DNA of 63,864 nucleotides, the filler included, from Octopus bimaculoides (taxonomy: Eukaryota), in NCBI RefSeq assembly GCF_001194135.2. It is 5 parts of 3 records of this genome, joined end to end, with 100 filler letters (N's around TTAATTAATTAA, not from the genome) between each part and the next. Parts side by side here need not be neighbours in the genome. Positions count along the whole stretch, not along the records: positions 1 to 26,152 come from NC_068990.1; 4 more parts are not named here. The stretch is one strand, 5' to 3'. Shown one piece after another: positions 1-11,504 of this stretch. A model generated the notes under the pieces. The model was not told the origin of the DNA. It saw nothing but the letters and a program-made list of their open reading frames with translations, and ran no database searches. Positions within the stretch are counted from its first letter, which is position 1, and each line of letters starts with the position of its first letter. Both the position numbers and the translations under genes were made by a program.

Positions 1-654
1 GGGGGGGGGGGGAGAAATGCCGCTCAATTTCATCAAAGTCTGATTTTTCAACTTTTCTTGCAGAATAGGCAGGGAAAAGGTAAAGGAAAAATCCTACACA
101 CACACACACACACACAATATACACAATACATTAATATACAAAACACACACACACACACACACGCACAGCCCACATACAAACGAACGCGCGCGAAATTAGC
201 AGCAAAAATAAGTGTGCGTAAAAATAGATCGCCATCATCATTATCATCATTATCAACAACAACAAGCGCAACTACTCCGCCCTCCACGTAACCACCAGCA
301 TCACTACAGCTTACCACACAATCCGTATCTATGTTAATATTACCACCACCACCACCACCACCGTGTTATTACAATCACAACCATCAGCAGCAGCAGCAGC
401 GTGCAGTAATCATCATAACAAACCACAGCCAAGCGTTACGAGAGAGAGAGAGAGAGTGTGGAAGAGCAGAGTGCGGGAGTGACAGGAGGAGTAGGTTTTT
501 ACAATGAACATGTTACAAGTAGCAGTTTAGCACCGAATGACCCTGACCAAAGTAAACTTATGTGCACTGGACAACCTCGCTGGCTTGATCAATAAAGCTG
601 TGTGTCTGTGTGTCTGTCTGTGGAAGTTCGTCTCACTCAGCACAGATCATTCTC

Positions 655-702
<48 letters not shown>

Positions 703-774
703 TCTCTCTTTCTACATCTATCTCTCTATCCGTCTCTATCGCTATCCTCTCCTTTCTCGCTGAACGGCAAAAGC

Positions 775-819
<45 letters not shown>

Positions 820-846
820 ATGAGGTTAAAACTGAGGAATACAGGA

Positions 847-907
847 GAGAGAGGAAGGATGAAAGAGAGGAAGGATGAAAGAGAGGAAGGATGAAAGAGA
901 GGAAGGA
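847..907 (+). repeat. 16-bp minisatellite, about 3.8 copies
   Basis: GAAAGAGAGGAAGGAT in tandem. Confidence 0.9.
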
Positions 908-978
908 GGAGGGAGAGAGAGAGAGAGACTACCAATAGGGGGGGAGAGAAAATTACATCTATTCACACACAAACATGC

Positions 979-1020
<42 letters not shown>

Positions 1021-1627
1021 AGATAGATATAGATATCTCCAAATACCCATATAATACACATCCATCCATCGACATAAATATATACATCCATATATATCTA
1101 TATAGATGTTTATGTACACCCACACACACATATATATACATCAATAATATATATATGTATGTGTGTTAATATATATAAATATATATAAATATAATATATA
1201 TTTATATATATGCATACATACATCTATAATGTGTGTGTGTGTGTATATATGTCTATATGTGTAAGTATATATACACACATACAGAGAGAGAGAGAGGGGG
1301 GTGGCTAGATAAAGAGGCACAATGCATAACAGTTTGACAGGCAACAATTAAAAGGTATAAAACAGAGACAGAGAGAAATAGGTGGGAAAGGAGTAGGGTG
1401 AGGTGGATGAAGGTGAGAGGTTCAGTGTGTTAGATATATATATATAGGGAGGGGGAGAGGAACGGGGATTAACATCGAGTGGTGAGGTGGGGGTTGGGGC
1501 GCTGAGCTGGTGGTAATATCTCTGCTCTGGAGAGAGTTAGATGACAGAGGGTTAGGATAGAGAGCAACTGTAGAGCAGGTTAAGAGATAAGTTAAAAACA
1601 GACAGATTATATATGTGTGTGTGTGTG

Positions 1628-1668
<41 letters not shown>

Positions 1669-1841
1669 NNNNNNNNNNNNNNNNNNNNNNNNNNNNNNNN
1701 NNNNNNNNNNNNNNNNNNNNNNNNCGTTTTGCAACTGTTTTTTCCATGTTTGCATGGGTTAGACAGATATGTTACTGAGGTATTGTTTTACAACCGGGTG
1801 CCCTCTCTGACGCTAACCCTCATCTGTTTTTTTTTTTCCAG

Positions 1842-1940
1842 TAAGGGATCTATTTATTCCACACGAAGCCAGCGGGGCAAGTGACACAGGCGAAGTGCCA
1901 ACAACAACAACACCACTTGAAAGCCGTAACTTTCGAACAT
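1842..1940 (+). CDS. Candidate 99-bp internal exon of an unidentified host gene
   Basis: Branch point CTAAC (1813-17), poly-T tract, CAG at 1839-41 and GTAAGC donor at 1941; one frame is open (RDLFIPHEASGASDTGEVPTTTTPLESRNFRT); CpG-rich relative to its surroundings. Confidence 0.35.
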
Positions 1941-2194
1941 GTAAGCAGAGATGCAGGCCAAAACCGGTGTACCCTACCCTCGGTTTCAGAAACGGAACTA
2001 CACGCCGAAAGATCGAAACCGGAATTCCGTACATTGCGAAGCATAGGGTGCCGAGTCAGCTCTCGTTCTCGCTGACCAGATAGAAATTACATTCGATTCA
2101 CAGTTTTTAGCCCTTTTTTCCGATTGTCACCACTGAAGTCTCCCTATCTCTCCGAAATAAAAATCCAGAAGTACCGAGAGAGTGGGAGTAAATC

Positions 2195-2351
2195 GTTTTT
2201 AACGGTGGAATTTGAAGTAGTTAAAGCTATAAAAAAAAAATAGCTGCCCGTCAGCAGCCTCCGACAGTGTCTCCCCAAAAGGTGTTTTTAACCCAACATT
2301 TCACATGCTTTTATTAAGACTTTTATCCCCTTTGAGTCCACCGTTAAAAAC
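2195..2351. mobile_element. 157-bp MITE-like element with perfect 15-bp inverted ends
   Basis: GTTTTTAACGGTGGA (2195-2209) and TCCACCGTTAAAAAC (2337-2351). Confidence 0.55.
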
Positions 2352-2370
2352 CATTCGTCTCTCCATTTCG

Positions 2371-2542
2371 ATATTTCGCCTGTCTTTTTACGTTCTGAGT
2401 TCAAATTCCGCCGAGGTCGACATTGCTTTTCATCCTTTCGGGGTCGATAAATTAAGTACCAGTTGCGTACTGGGGTAGATCTAATCGACTGGCGCCCTTC
2501 CCCAAAAATTTCGGGCCTTGTGCCTAGAGTAGAAAAGTATAT
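2371..2542 (+). mobile_element. SINE family A (tRNA head plus GCCTTTCATCCTTTCGGGGTCGATAA central domain), 5'-truncated
   Basis: B box GAGTTCAAATTCC, conserved central domain, 3' end GGGCCTTGTGCCTAGAGTAGAAAAG. Confidence 0.9.
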
Positions 2543-2994
2543 ATAAATAGGTTCCCGGAAAACCATAAGTGAAACAAAATATATTTTGTCGGACTAATGT
2601 TTATGGGTTTTATATATGAGAGACAGTAAATGACATGCAATTTAAGCAAGGAGAGAGAAAGAGTGAGTGAGAAAGGGTGTGTGAGAGAGAGAGGGATGAT
2701 ATAATTGCGGCAGGCAGGAGTCTCAAAGACCAATGTAATGCTGAGATGGTGGTGGCGAAGTAGAGCGGTGAGGTGAGGTAGTTGTTAAGCTAAATTGCTG
2801 ACTCGAGAAATAATTAATGCTGTAACTCCATACTTGACGTAGACATTACTACGCCACTTTCTATGCGATTTACGTATTGCAATAATTTTCTATTTACATC
2901 AAGGATGTGTATTAGAAATTATTAATAAACTCTAGCACTTGACTGGTAGTGTACTGTTGGAGAAAGTTATCCATATGTGTGTGTGTGAAAAATC

Positions 2995-3360
2995 GCAGAC
3001 GTGGCAGTGTGGTAAGAAGTTTATTTCCTAAACACTTGGTTCAGGGTTCAGTCCCACCGTGCGGCGCCTCGGGCAAGTGTTTTCTGCTATAGTTCCGTAC
3101 CGAACAAAGCATTGTGTGTATTTGTTAGATGGAAACTGAAACAAGCTGTCGTAGACAGACAGGTGTGCCTGTTTTGTCCACCAAGCATTACGGCTCGACA
3201 ACCGGTGCTGGTTTGTTTACGTCTCAGTAACGTAGTACTTCGGCTTAAGAGCCGGATATAAGCATCAAGCTGAACGATAAATAGTTAGGCCAATTTGTTC
3301 GACTTAACCCTTCAAAGCGGTGGCCCAAGGTGGCCGCGGTCGAATAACTTAAGTAAAAAA
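2995..3360 (+). mobile_element. SINE family B (tRNA head, CORE-like CCTTGGGCAAGT block, internal microsatellite, CR1-like tail)
   Basis: TGGCAGTGTGGTAAG A box, GGGTTCAGTCCC B box, GGAAACTGAAA, GACAACCGGTGCTGG, tail GCGGTGGCCCAAGGTGGCCGC. Confidence 0.85.
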
Positions 3361-3432
3361 GGACTATATATTCTTTTATTCTCTTATGTTTCAGCCTTGA
3401 GGCTGCGGCCATACTGGGGCACCGACATATAT

Positions 3433-3476
<44 letters not shown>

Positions 3477-3929
3477 TCTTTTCCTCTCTTAATGGTTTCA
3501 GCCAAAGGCTGGGGACAGGCTGGAGCAGATAGATAGAGAGAGAGAGAGAGGGAAACAGACAGACAGATAGACAGATAGATAACCAGACAGACAGGTAGCT
3601 AGACAGATAGATAGACAGACAGACAGACAGGTAGCTAGCTAGACAGACAGACAGATAGATAGATAGATAGACAGGTACGTTCATATTGCCAGAGGAAAGA
3701 GTTTTCAATACAATTAACCCACAAAATTATTCCTAGCCTCATGAAGTCAATCAACGACTTCGAAGTCACAGTCAAGCTTTCTTTAGAAAATACACACACC
3801 ACCGACATATGTATATATATTACACACGTGCGCGCTCACGCTTCGACTAGACATCTGAGGAATAGGCGACTATCTGCGATCACGAAATTTTATGTAGAAC
3901 TGAGTCGACTCGTCTATTAAATATCCTTC

Positions 3930-4146
3930 TCTACTCTCGACACAAGGCTCGAAATTTTTGAGGAGGGTGTAGTGGGGGAGCAGTTGATAACATCGACCCT
4001 CGGTACGCAACTGGCACTTAATTGATCAACCTCCCCGAGAGGATGAAAGGCAAAGCTGACTTCGGCGGAATTTGAACTCAGAACGTAAAGACAGACGAAA
4101 TACCGCTCAGTATTTCTCCCGGCGTGCTAACGATTCTGCCAGCTCG
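3930..4146 (-). mobile_element. SINE family A
   Basis: Near full-length inverse copy (GGATGAAAGGC, GGAATTTGAACTCAGAACGTAAAG, TCTGCCAGCTCG). Confidence 0.9.
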
Positions 4147-4575
4147 TTTATTAAATATAACTCTAACGTAATATGTTGAGTGCTATGGTCTTCCGTTTGT
4201 CCACCTGCTCATGTGTGTGGGGGGTGGGGGTGAGAGTGGTGTTTGAGTGGATGACCTAAAATGTAAGAAATGTTCATATACACCAAGAGACTCAGCTGCT
4301 AATAGTCCAAACCCTGCAGTGCGTGTGTATTACTAGTTAAGTCCTGATATACATAAACGTATGACCAAAAGTACTTAAGATCACTTGTCTTTCTACCAGG
4401 CTAGTGTGTGTGTGTGTGTGTGTGTGTGTCTGTGTGAAGTCCAAGTCATGTTCTTCACAATAAATGCTTCTACTCGCCGTATACAGTCACACTATTAGCA
4501 AATGCTCAGTTGCCGTTCTTAAAAGTGCTTTAAAATAACTGTAGTAACGTCTTAAAACAGACTCACACGTACGTA

Positions 4576-4611
<36 letters not shown>

Positions 4612-4616
4612 GTTTT

Positions 4617-5000
4617 CACCTCAATAGACATCAGTGATTGGTTGAAATTACCGAAATACGACAACTTTTAACATGAAATAAGTTCGAATATAAAATTTTT
4701 TCTGTTCTATAAGACAAAATATACAAGTATACGAAGTTTTAAAGTGTTTCGGTAGAAAACATACTAAATAAAAAATAAATAAAAAGTGGCGCCTGCCAAA
4801 TCAGAAAAATCCCTACACTTTGACAATTTTTTAATATCTTGGCATCTGAAACAGCTGGAGATACGATAGTCTGACCAAAAGAACCGGCTGTTACAAGCAA
4901 AAATAAATATTTATGAAAAAAAAGCACAAAAAAAAACACGCATATGGGCAATTCTGGACATACGACAGTTTAACATAATAGCAACGAAATGTAGTCTGGT
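4617..5000. repeat. Unclassified interspersed repeat (family F)
   Basis: ATATCTTGGCATCTGAAACAGCTGGAGATACGATAG is the near-perfect inverse of 18601-18636. Confidence 0.6.
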
Positions 5001-7125
5001 GATAGAATTCAGTAGAAGAGAGAGAAAAATAACTCGCTCCACCACCACCACCACCACGGAGACCATCGCTAACGTCAACCACAACAACAATTTGAACAGT
5101 TACAATAATCTGAACAGTGTCAGAACGATATTAAAAAGTAGTTCAAGTGCTGTAATTATGTGAACCAGTGACCATTGTATCTTCTAGTTTCCCAGGTCAG
5201 CTTGTGGCTAATTACAACGGTAGCATGGAAACCTGGTTCCCCCACCACCCCCACCACCACCCACACCACCTCTCCCCGTCTCTCTCTCTCATTCTTTAGG
5301 TTGGGTCGACTAGATGCGTTGTGGTCATATTGCTGACCAACTAAACAATTAGNNNNNNNNNNNNNNNNNNNNNNNNNNNNNNNNNNNNNNNNNNNNNNNN
5401 NNNNNNNNNNNNNNNNNNNNNNNNNNNNNNNNNNNNNNNNNNNNNNNNNNNNNNNNNNNNNNNNNNNNNNNNNNNNNNNNNNNNNNNNNNNNNNNNNNNN
5501 NNNNNNNNNNNNNNNNNNNNNNNNNNNNNNNNNNNNNNNNNNNNNNNNNNNNNNNNNNNNNNNNNNNNNNNNNNNNNNNNNNNNNNNNNNNNNNNNNNNN
5601 NNNNNNNNNNNNNNNNNNNNNNNNNNNNNNNNNNNNNNNNNNNNNNNNNNNNNNNNNNNNNNNNNNNNNNNNNNNNNNNNNNNNNNNNNNNNNNNNNNNN
5701 NNNNNNNNNNNNNNNNNNNNNNNNNNNNNNNNNNNNNNNNNNNNNNNNNNNNNNNNNNNNNNNNNNNNNNNNNNNNNNNNNNNNNNNNNNNNNNNNNNNN
5801 NNNNNNNNNNNNNNNNNNNNNNNNNNNNNNNNNNNNNNNNNNNNNNNNNNNNNNNNNNNNNNNNNNNNNNNNNNNNNNNNNNNNNNNNNNNNNNNNNNNN
5901 NNNNNNNNNNNNNNNNNNNNNNNNNNNNNNNNNNNNNNNNNNNNNNNNNNNNNNNNNNNNNNNNNNNNNNNNNNNNNNNNNNNNNNNNNNNNNNNNNNNN
6001 NNNNNNNNNNNNNNNNNNNNNNNNNNNNNNNNNNNNNNNNNNNNNNNNNNNNNNNNNNNNNNNNNNNNNNNNNNNNNNNNNNNNNNNNNNNNNNNNNNNN
6101 NNNNNNNNNNNNNNNNNNNNNNNNNNNNNNNNNNNNNNNNNNNNNNNNNNNNNNNNNNNNNNNNNNNNNNNNNNNNNNNNNNNNNNNNNNNNNNNNNNNN
6201 NNNNNNNNNNNNNNNNNNNNNNNNNNNNNNNNNNNNNNNNNNNNNNNNNNNNNNNNNNNNNNNNNNNNNNNNNNNNNNNNNNNNNNNNNNNNNNNNNNNN
6301 NNNNNNNNNNNNNNNNNNNNNNNNNNNNNNNCCCCCCGTGGAAAGTTCCAAGGTGACATTGAAGAAAAGTGGGGCGATAATGGGGTAACGATTCATGTAA
6401 AAACAACAGAATAATGGGTTCATTAGGTTAAGTTTTTGTTTGTGAAATACAGTTGGTTTGAATTTGCTTTAGAAAGAGGTCAATGTCTGTGATGGTTAGT
6501 TGGGGTGGGGGCTCCAGAAATGTGACCTGGGTGTCAAGGGGATGACAGCCCTTAGCTCTGGCCTTCGGATGTCGATAAGTTTGGTGTTGCTATGGACAAG
6601 TGGAAGAAAATCTGTCTTGGACACAGTTCCATCGACGGAATCATCTTGCAACACATCTCCGCTCTTCATAGCAACCCATCGTACGAACACTAAAACTCCC
6701 TTTGGGATTTTACTATCACTGTTATCAATTTGCACACTCACTGGTTTCCTTACACTTATTTCAATCCTGCTGGCTTCATCCACCTCGGTATTTCTTTTGG
6801 TCGGTACCCCACTCAACCAAAAACAGAGAAAGTTCGATAGAGTCACTGGAGCTACAAGAAACAGCAGCCAAATTCCCATCAAATCACACCTTAAGGTCTT
6901 GAAGAAGGCCACATTCAACAATGAAGTCCTATATACACAAAAGACATGAGGGTCACGGTCGGAATTCCTTTAATCATACATCTTTCTCTCATGGACTGAC
7001 TTAGGGTTTCCGATCCATTAGCTGGATGAGCATTGATGACGGGTCTTCGATCTGTTGGATCAGGACTGATCTGGTGGATATTTTAGTGTTTTAAGGCGGC
7101 AAGACTAAACGGGCTCCAAGGATGG

Positions 7126-7536
7126 TATTGATCTTACATACAATTTCCAATCAGATCAATAAAATGTTATCGATCTTTGTAATGATTTAAAATAAAATCA
7201 TTGAGAAAGAATTGACCCTAGTAGAGTTAAAATCGGATCAACGAAATAGTACTGATTAAAAGAAAAGATCAATGAAGGGTGTGTGGATTCAATTATTGAT
7301 TTAAAATAAGATCAATAAAGAAGTATTGATCCTGGTAATGATTGGAAATCAAATCAATGAAAGGGCATTAATCCTAGTAATGATTCAAGATGAGATCAAT
7401 AACAGAGTATTGATCCTTGTAGCGATTTAGACTAAGACAAATGAAAAGGTACTGATGATCCTAGGAATGATTTAAAACCGGGTGAATGAAGAGGTATCGA
7501 TCTTTGTTATGATTGAGAACAAGATCGATGAACAGG
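7126..7536. repeat. Degenerate 42-bp tandem array (about 10 units), each unit with inverted ends
   Basis: Consensus about TATTGATCYTNGTAATGATTTAAAATAAGATCAATGAANAGG; six consecutive units from 7282 measure 42,42,42,42,45,42 bp. Confidence 0.85.
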
Positions 7537-7781
7537 TAGTAGATTGGTTTGGGATGTTCAAACAACGGCATGGAAGACGAGGCAGAGGAGGAATACCAAA
7601 CGGAATATTCTTTAAAAACATATCTCGTCATTTTGGTGACATCCCCGTATTTTCTCTCCGCTACCACCGTCGAAACTACAAACAGAAGCACCACCATTTA
7701 CAATACAACGACCATCACAAGCCATGTCTACCACTACCACCACAATAACAAAACAGTTACTACTACTACTACTACCACCAC

Positions 7782-8093
7782 CAGTACCGGACTGAGTCTA
7801 AAAATATTGGTTGCCAAGAGACTAAGGGGGCCCACCTGCAACTACAAGGGGCGGGGGGGGGGCACTCGCAACTACAATGCTATCATTTATTTATTTATTT
7901 GTTAAAAGTATACTTTTCATCTGCCTACAAACACAGCCAGGCTGAAATAATTAATGCATTCTTCCAGGAGTGAATAAAAAATTCTCAAACTTGAGGGAAT
8001 GGGCCCCTTAGACCCTAACATGGGCCCCCATATATGGATTCTAATGGCGCAGGGGCCCACTTGCCATCGGGCAAGCTGGCCAGTCCGCTACTG
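7782..8093. mobile_element. MITE with 13-bp TIRs (hAT-like CAGT termini)
   Basis: CAGTACCGGACTG ... CAGTCCGCTACTG (1 mismatch), with internal GGGCCC subterminal motifs. Confidence 0.7.
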
Positions 8094-8095
8094 GT

Positions 8096-8128
<33 letters not shown>

Positions 8129-8159
8129 AGCAATTACTGTTAGATGCAAAATCAAGATA

Positions 8160-8370
8160 GCCTCTGGGTGGTCGCTTACCATGCCAGAAATAGCAGTTAA
8201 ATCTCCTTTAAATTTCCCTGTATTGTCTTAGAAAAAAAGGGGGGAGCAGAGAATACATTGGATAATGCATTCCAAGATATCCCATGCTTGATTTTTTAAA
8301 AGCAACGGAATAGTCACGGCTGGAATGCCTTTGATTATAGGTCTGACGGATTAAGTTAATTTGGAGCTGT
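8160..8370 (+). mobile_element. Old SINE-like family E
   Basis: GCCAGAAATAGCAGTTAAATCTCC...ATTGGATAAT...GGCTGGAATGCCTTTG, shared with about 6790-6985, 12685-12900 and 12950-13030. Confidence 0.6.
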
Positions 8371-8966
8371 ATGAATGACATGACCACATCACTAGACATG
8401 CATACACATACACACAACATGAATGTGTGAGAGAGGGGGAGGGAGGGGAGGAGGGAGAGGAAGGGAGGAGGAGAAAGAGAGAGAGAGAGAGAGGAGGTGT
8501 ATTTGGGACGTTCAGAAATGGTTTTGATTTAGGCGTGAATCAGTAGTGTAATATTTGAAGAAGGTAGCAGAAACAGACAATTGAGACGACTTAGAATAGT
8601 GTATATGTGTGTGTGTGTGTATATAATACTTTATTACTAGCTAGTGATTAAATGTAACTGATAATTAATTAGTTAGTACTAGCTATTACTAACAACACAG
8701 TAATTACTAGCTACAGAATAGCAACAACAGCTTATCAGCAAACAGCTGAACGAGAAACAACTTTCGATTGGTGATAGTGGTGGCGGTGGAGAGCATAAAA
8801 AGGTGGTAGACTAACCCTAAGGTTGTTATATTTCTAGTAAAAGTGATGCGATTGGTAGTACTGCAACCAATGGGGGCATGTATAGGTAGGATGGGTTAAC
8901 TGCTGTGTAAGCTGTGTTGAGGGCATACAGGGGTAAGGTGGATAGAGATGTAGTGTAGCTTTAATA

Positions 8967-9130
8967 ATCATATCTGATCATCATCATCATTGTTTTAACG
9001 TCTACTTTTCCATGGATCAGACAGAATTCGTTCGGGTAGATTTTCTACTGCTGGATGCCTTTCTTGCTGTCGACCTACACAGGTTTCCAGGCGAGGTATT
9101 TTCTCCTATGGCAGGACATGGAAGGTTAGA
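8967..9130 (-). mobile_element. Short element with RTE-type 3' tail
   Basis: (CAT)n-TGTTTTAACGTCTACTTTTTCCATG and TTTCTACTGCTGGATGCC resemble the RTE 3' UTR at 27.6-27.75 kb. Confidence 0.6.
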
Positions 9131-9844
9131 AACAAATAGCACCGCTAGTGTGATGGTGATGCTCGTTTACAATTATCATGAAACAAGGACACACTCACGC
9201 ACGCGTGGCTGGGAATTAAACTTAACGACAGAGCAAAACCAGCAAGTAATAGTACTCCTATATTTTATAACTTTAGTAATCACATCTGGTTCTCTTGCAC
9301 CTCTACTCTATACTCAGCTTTTTGGAAGAGGAGCCACACAGGATCTTATATATCATGTAATTAAACTACCAGCTGCCAGTGTTACTCTAATTTTACAAAA
9401 TCATCAGCGGTCTCCTCCAGGCGGATCTATCAAACTCGTGTCAGCTACGGAAAAATTTATGTTAAACCATGAGAGTGGCGGCGGTTGTGATGGCGATGCA
9501 GCGAATAAGAAGAAAAAAGAATGGTGTCAGCAACCACACCTCTTTTAAGCATGGGAATGGCAAACAAAATAGTTGAGTAATGAAAAAAAGAAACTATTAA
9601 AAAAAGCAAGCTTGTATTTGCCCCAAGGTTATAAGAGAATGAGGAAGTTGAAGAGTGACTCTTAGGGTTTGGAATCTATTTTCAATTGTAAAAATGGAGT
9701 GGAGAAAAGTGTTTAGTGGCACTCGGAAAGGGGAGTGGGGAGAAAAGTGAAGTGTCACTCAGAAAGGAGTGGAGGAGAAAAGTGAAGCGTCAGTCGCTGA
9801 GAACGGAGGAATGAATAAAGTTGTTATGTGTCACTGTGTGGAAG

Positions 9845-9884
<40 letters not shown>

Positions 9885-10036
9885 AGCTGTCAAGTGCCAC
9901 TCAGAATGGGGAGGAGATAGAGGCACTGAGTGGGGTGAGGGAGAGAGAGAGAGAGGAAAGAGGGAGGGAGTTTCTAGAGGGGCATTCGGGAAACGAAAGT
10001 TATATATTATTCTTTTCTTTTTTATTTAAAGTTTTA

Positions 10037-10235
10037 TTTGTTTCAGTCACTTGACTGCAGCCAGACTGGAGCACCGCCTTAAAGGATTTTAGTCAAATAA
10101 ATCGACCCCAACGCATTTTTTTTTCTTTTGAAGCGAAGTACTTATTCTATCGGTGTCTTTTGCCGAACAGATAGATTACGGGGACGTAAACACACCAGCA
10201 CCGGTTGTCAGACAGTGGTGGGGGGACAAACAGAT

Positions 10236-10268
<33 letters not shown>

Positions 10269-10440
10269 CAACGGGCTTCTTTCAGTTTCCGTCTACCAAA
10301 TTTAGCAGAAGGAAACTGAAAGAAGCCCGTCGTGTATATACATGTGTTTGTCTGTCTGTCTTCCACTGCCACTCGACGACCGGTGTTGGTGTGTTTAAGT
10401 TCCGCAGTGCCCCAGCATGGCCAGTCTAATGACTGAAACT
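10037..10440. mobile_element. Fold-back of two headless SINE B copies
   Basis: Minus 10037-10300 and plus 10301-10440; perfect 20-bp arms at 10271-10290 and 10311-10330. Confidence 0.85.
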
Positions 10441-10578
10441 ATATATATATACACACACACACACACATACATACATATACGCAGGCGCTTGTGTGTGTGT
10501 ATGTGTGAAAAGATAAAGGCGGAGAGAGATGTAAGAAATGAATGCTAACGACCGTCCCTCACAATCACCAAAATCCAT

Positions 10579-10806
10579 TTAACTCTTTTAATATCCACCC
10601 GACTGAAACTGGGCCCCGGTTCGGTGATACAAATTCTGTTTTGATATTATCTTTATAACTTTCATCGAAATTCCACGTTCATTTATGATCCAAAAGACCA
10701 ACTTAAAATAACGACAACATAATTTTACTAAATCGTTCATTAGTTTCAAAAATAATTCAAACAAAGACGGGTTTATTTCGAGAGAAATATGGTGACACAA
10801 GATTAA
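10579..10806. mobile_element. TTAA-flanked (piggyBac-type) MITE, degenerate
   Basis: TTAA at both ends; internal sequence homologous to 20706-20910 (...TTTATTTC...GAAATATGG..AC..AAG). Confidence 0.5.
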
Positions 10807-10904
10807 AGGCCCTTCGTTGCACAGAGAAAATGAAATAGTTTTCTAACAAGGGACCTGCATCAAACATTTAAAATTAATGCCAACACGTGTGTGTATATAT
10901 ATAT

Positions 10905-11099
10905 TATTATGATTGACCGTTGACTGAACACTATTCAATTTTTTTTCTCCGTGTTTTTCTCCTTGTCTCCGTATTCTTTCTGTTGAAGAGCGTAGCTCGA
11001 AACGTCAAAGACTTTCCGTATTCCCGAGCGTCATACTAATACATCCTTTTGTTATTTACACCACCTGTCCTCGTCTGTTGTTATTATTTGTATATTCTC

Positions 11100-11102
<3 letters not shown>
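10905..11102 (+). mobile_element. Penelope-like pseudo-LTR-type repeat carrying a hammerhead-like motif
   Basis: Pyrimidine-rich leader, hammerhead fold at 10975-11011, then a T-rich tail ending at a (TA)n tract. The PLE assignment is inferred from the minimal-HHR architecture. Confidence 0.45.
10975..11011 (+). ncRNA. Hammerhead-like motif with non-canonical core CUGUUGA
   Basis: UCUUU CUGUUGA A GAGC-GUA-GCUC GAAA CGUC AAAGA: 5-bp stem I, 4-bp stem II, ACGU palindrome and GUC triplet. A6 is replaced by U. Confidence 0.55.
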
Positions 11103-11133
<31 letters not shown>

Positions 11134-11504
11134 GGAACACGTTAGGTAGGTATGTGTGTTGAAATAGATCTGAGCAATTAGAACAGGAAGACGACATATT
11201 ATAACAATGATAATCATTAAGTTAGTAACATTGTAGATGAGTGTTTTTATGTCAGTTAAAATGTAACAGGAATTNNNNNNNNNNNNNNNNNNNNNNNNNN
11301 NNNNNNNNNNNNNNNNNNNNNNNNNNNNNNNNNNNNNNNNNNNNNNNNNNNNNNNNNNNNNNNNNNNNNNNNNNNNNNNNNNNNNNNNNNNNNNNNNNNN
11401 NNNNNNNNNNNNNNNNNNNNNNNNNNNNNNNNNNNNNNNNNNNNNNNNNNNNNNNNNNNNNNNNNNNNNNNNNNNNNNNNNNNNNNNNNNNNNNNNNNNN
11501 NNNN

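Noticed and set aside
5156-6423. Long ORFs of 300-500 aa spanning N runs (also 18840-20147, 23601-25633, 56190-56832)
   Set aside because: Their length comes from untranslatable Ns.
6496-6949. Overlapping 141-aa and 149-aa ORFs on opposite strands
   Set aside because: Partly made of old SINE family E sequence; no domain recognised.
7126-7536. CRISPR-like reading of the 42-bp hairpin array
   Set aside because: Eukaryotic context, no unique spacers between conserved repeats, no cas genes; the whole unit diverges uniformly.
9012-9548. 178-aa ORF
   Set aside because: Starts inside an antisense RTE-tail repeat, has no recognisable motif, and shows no convincing splice sites.
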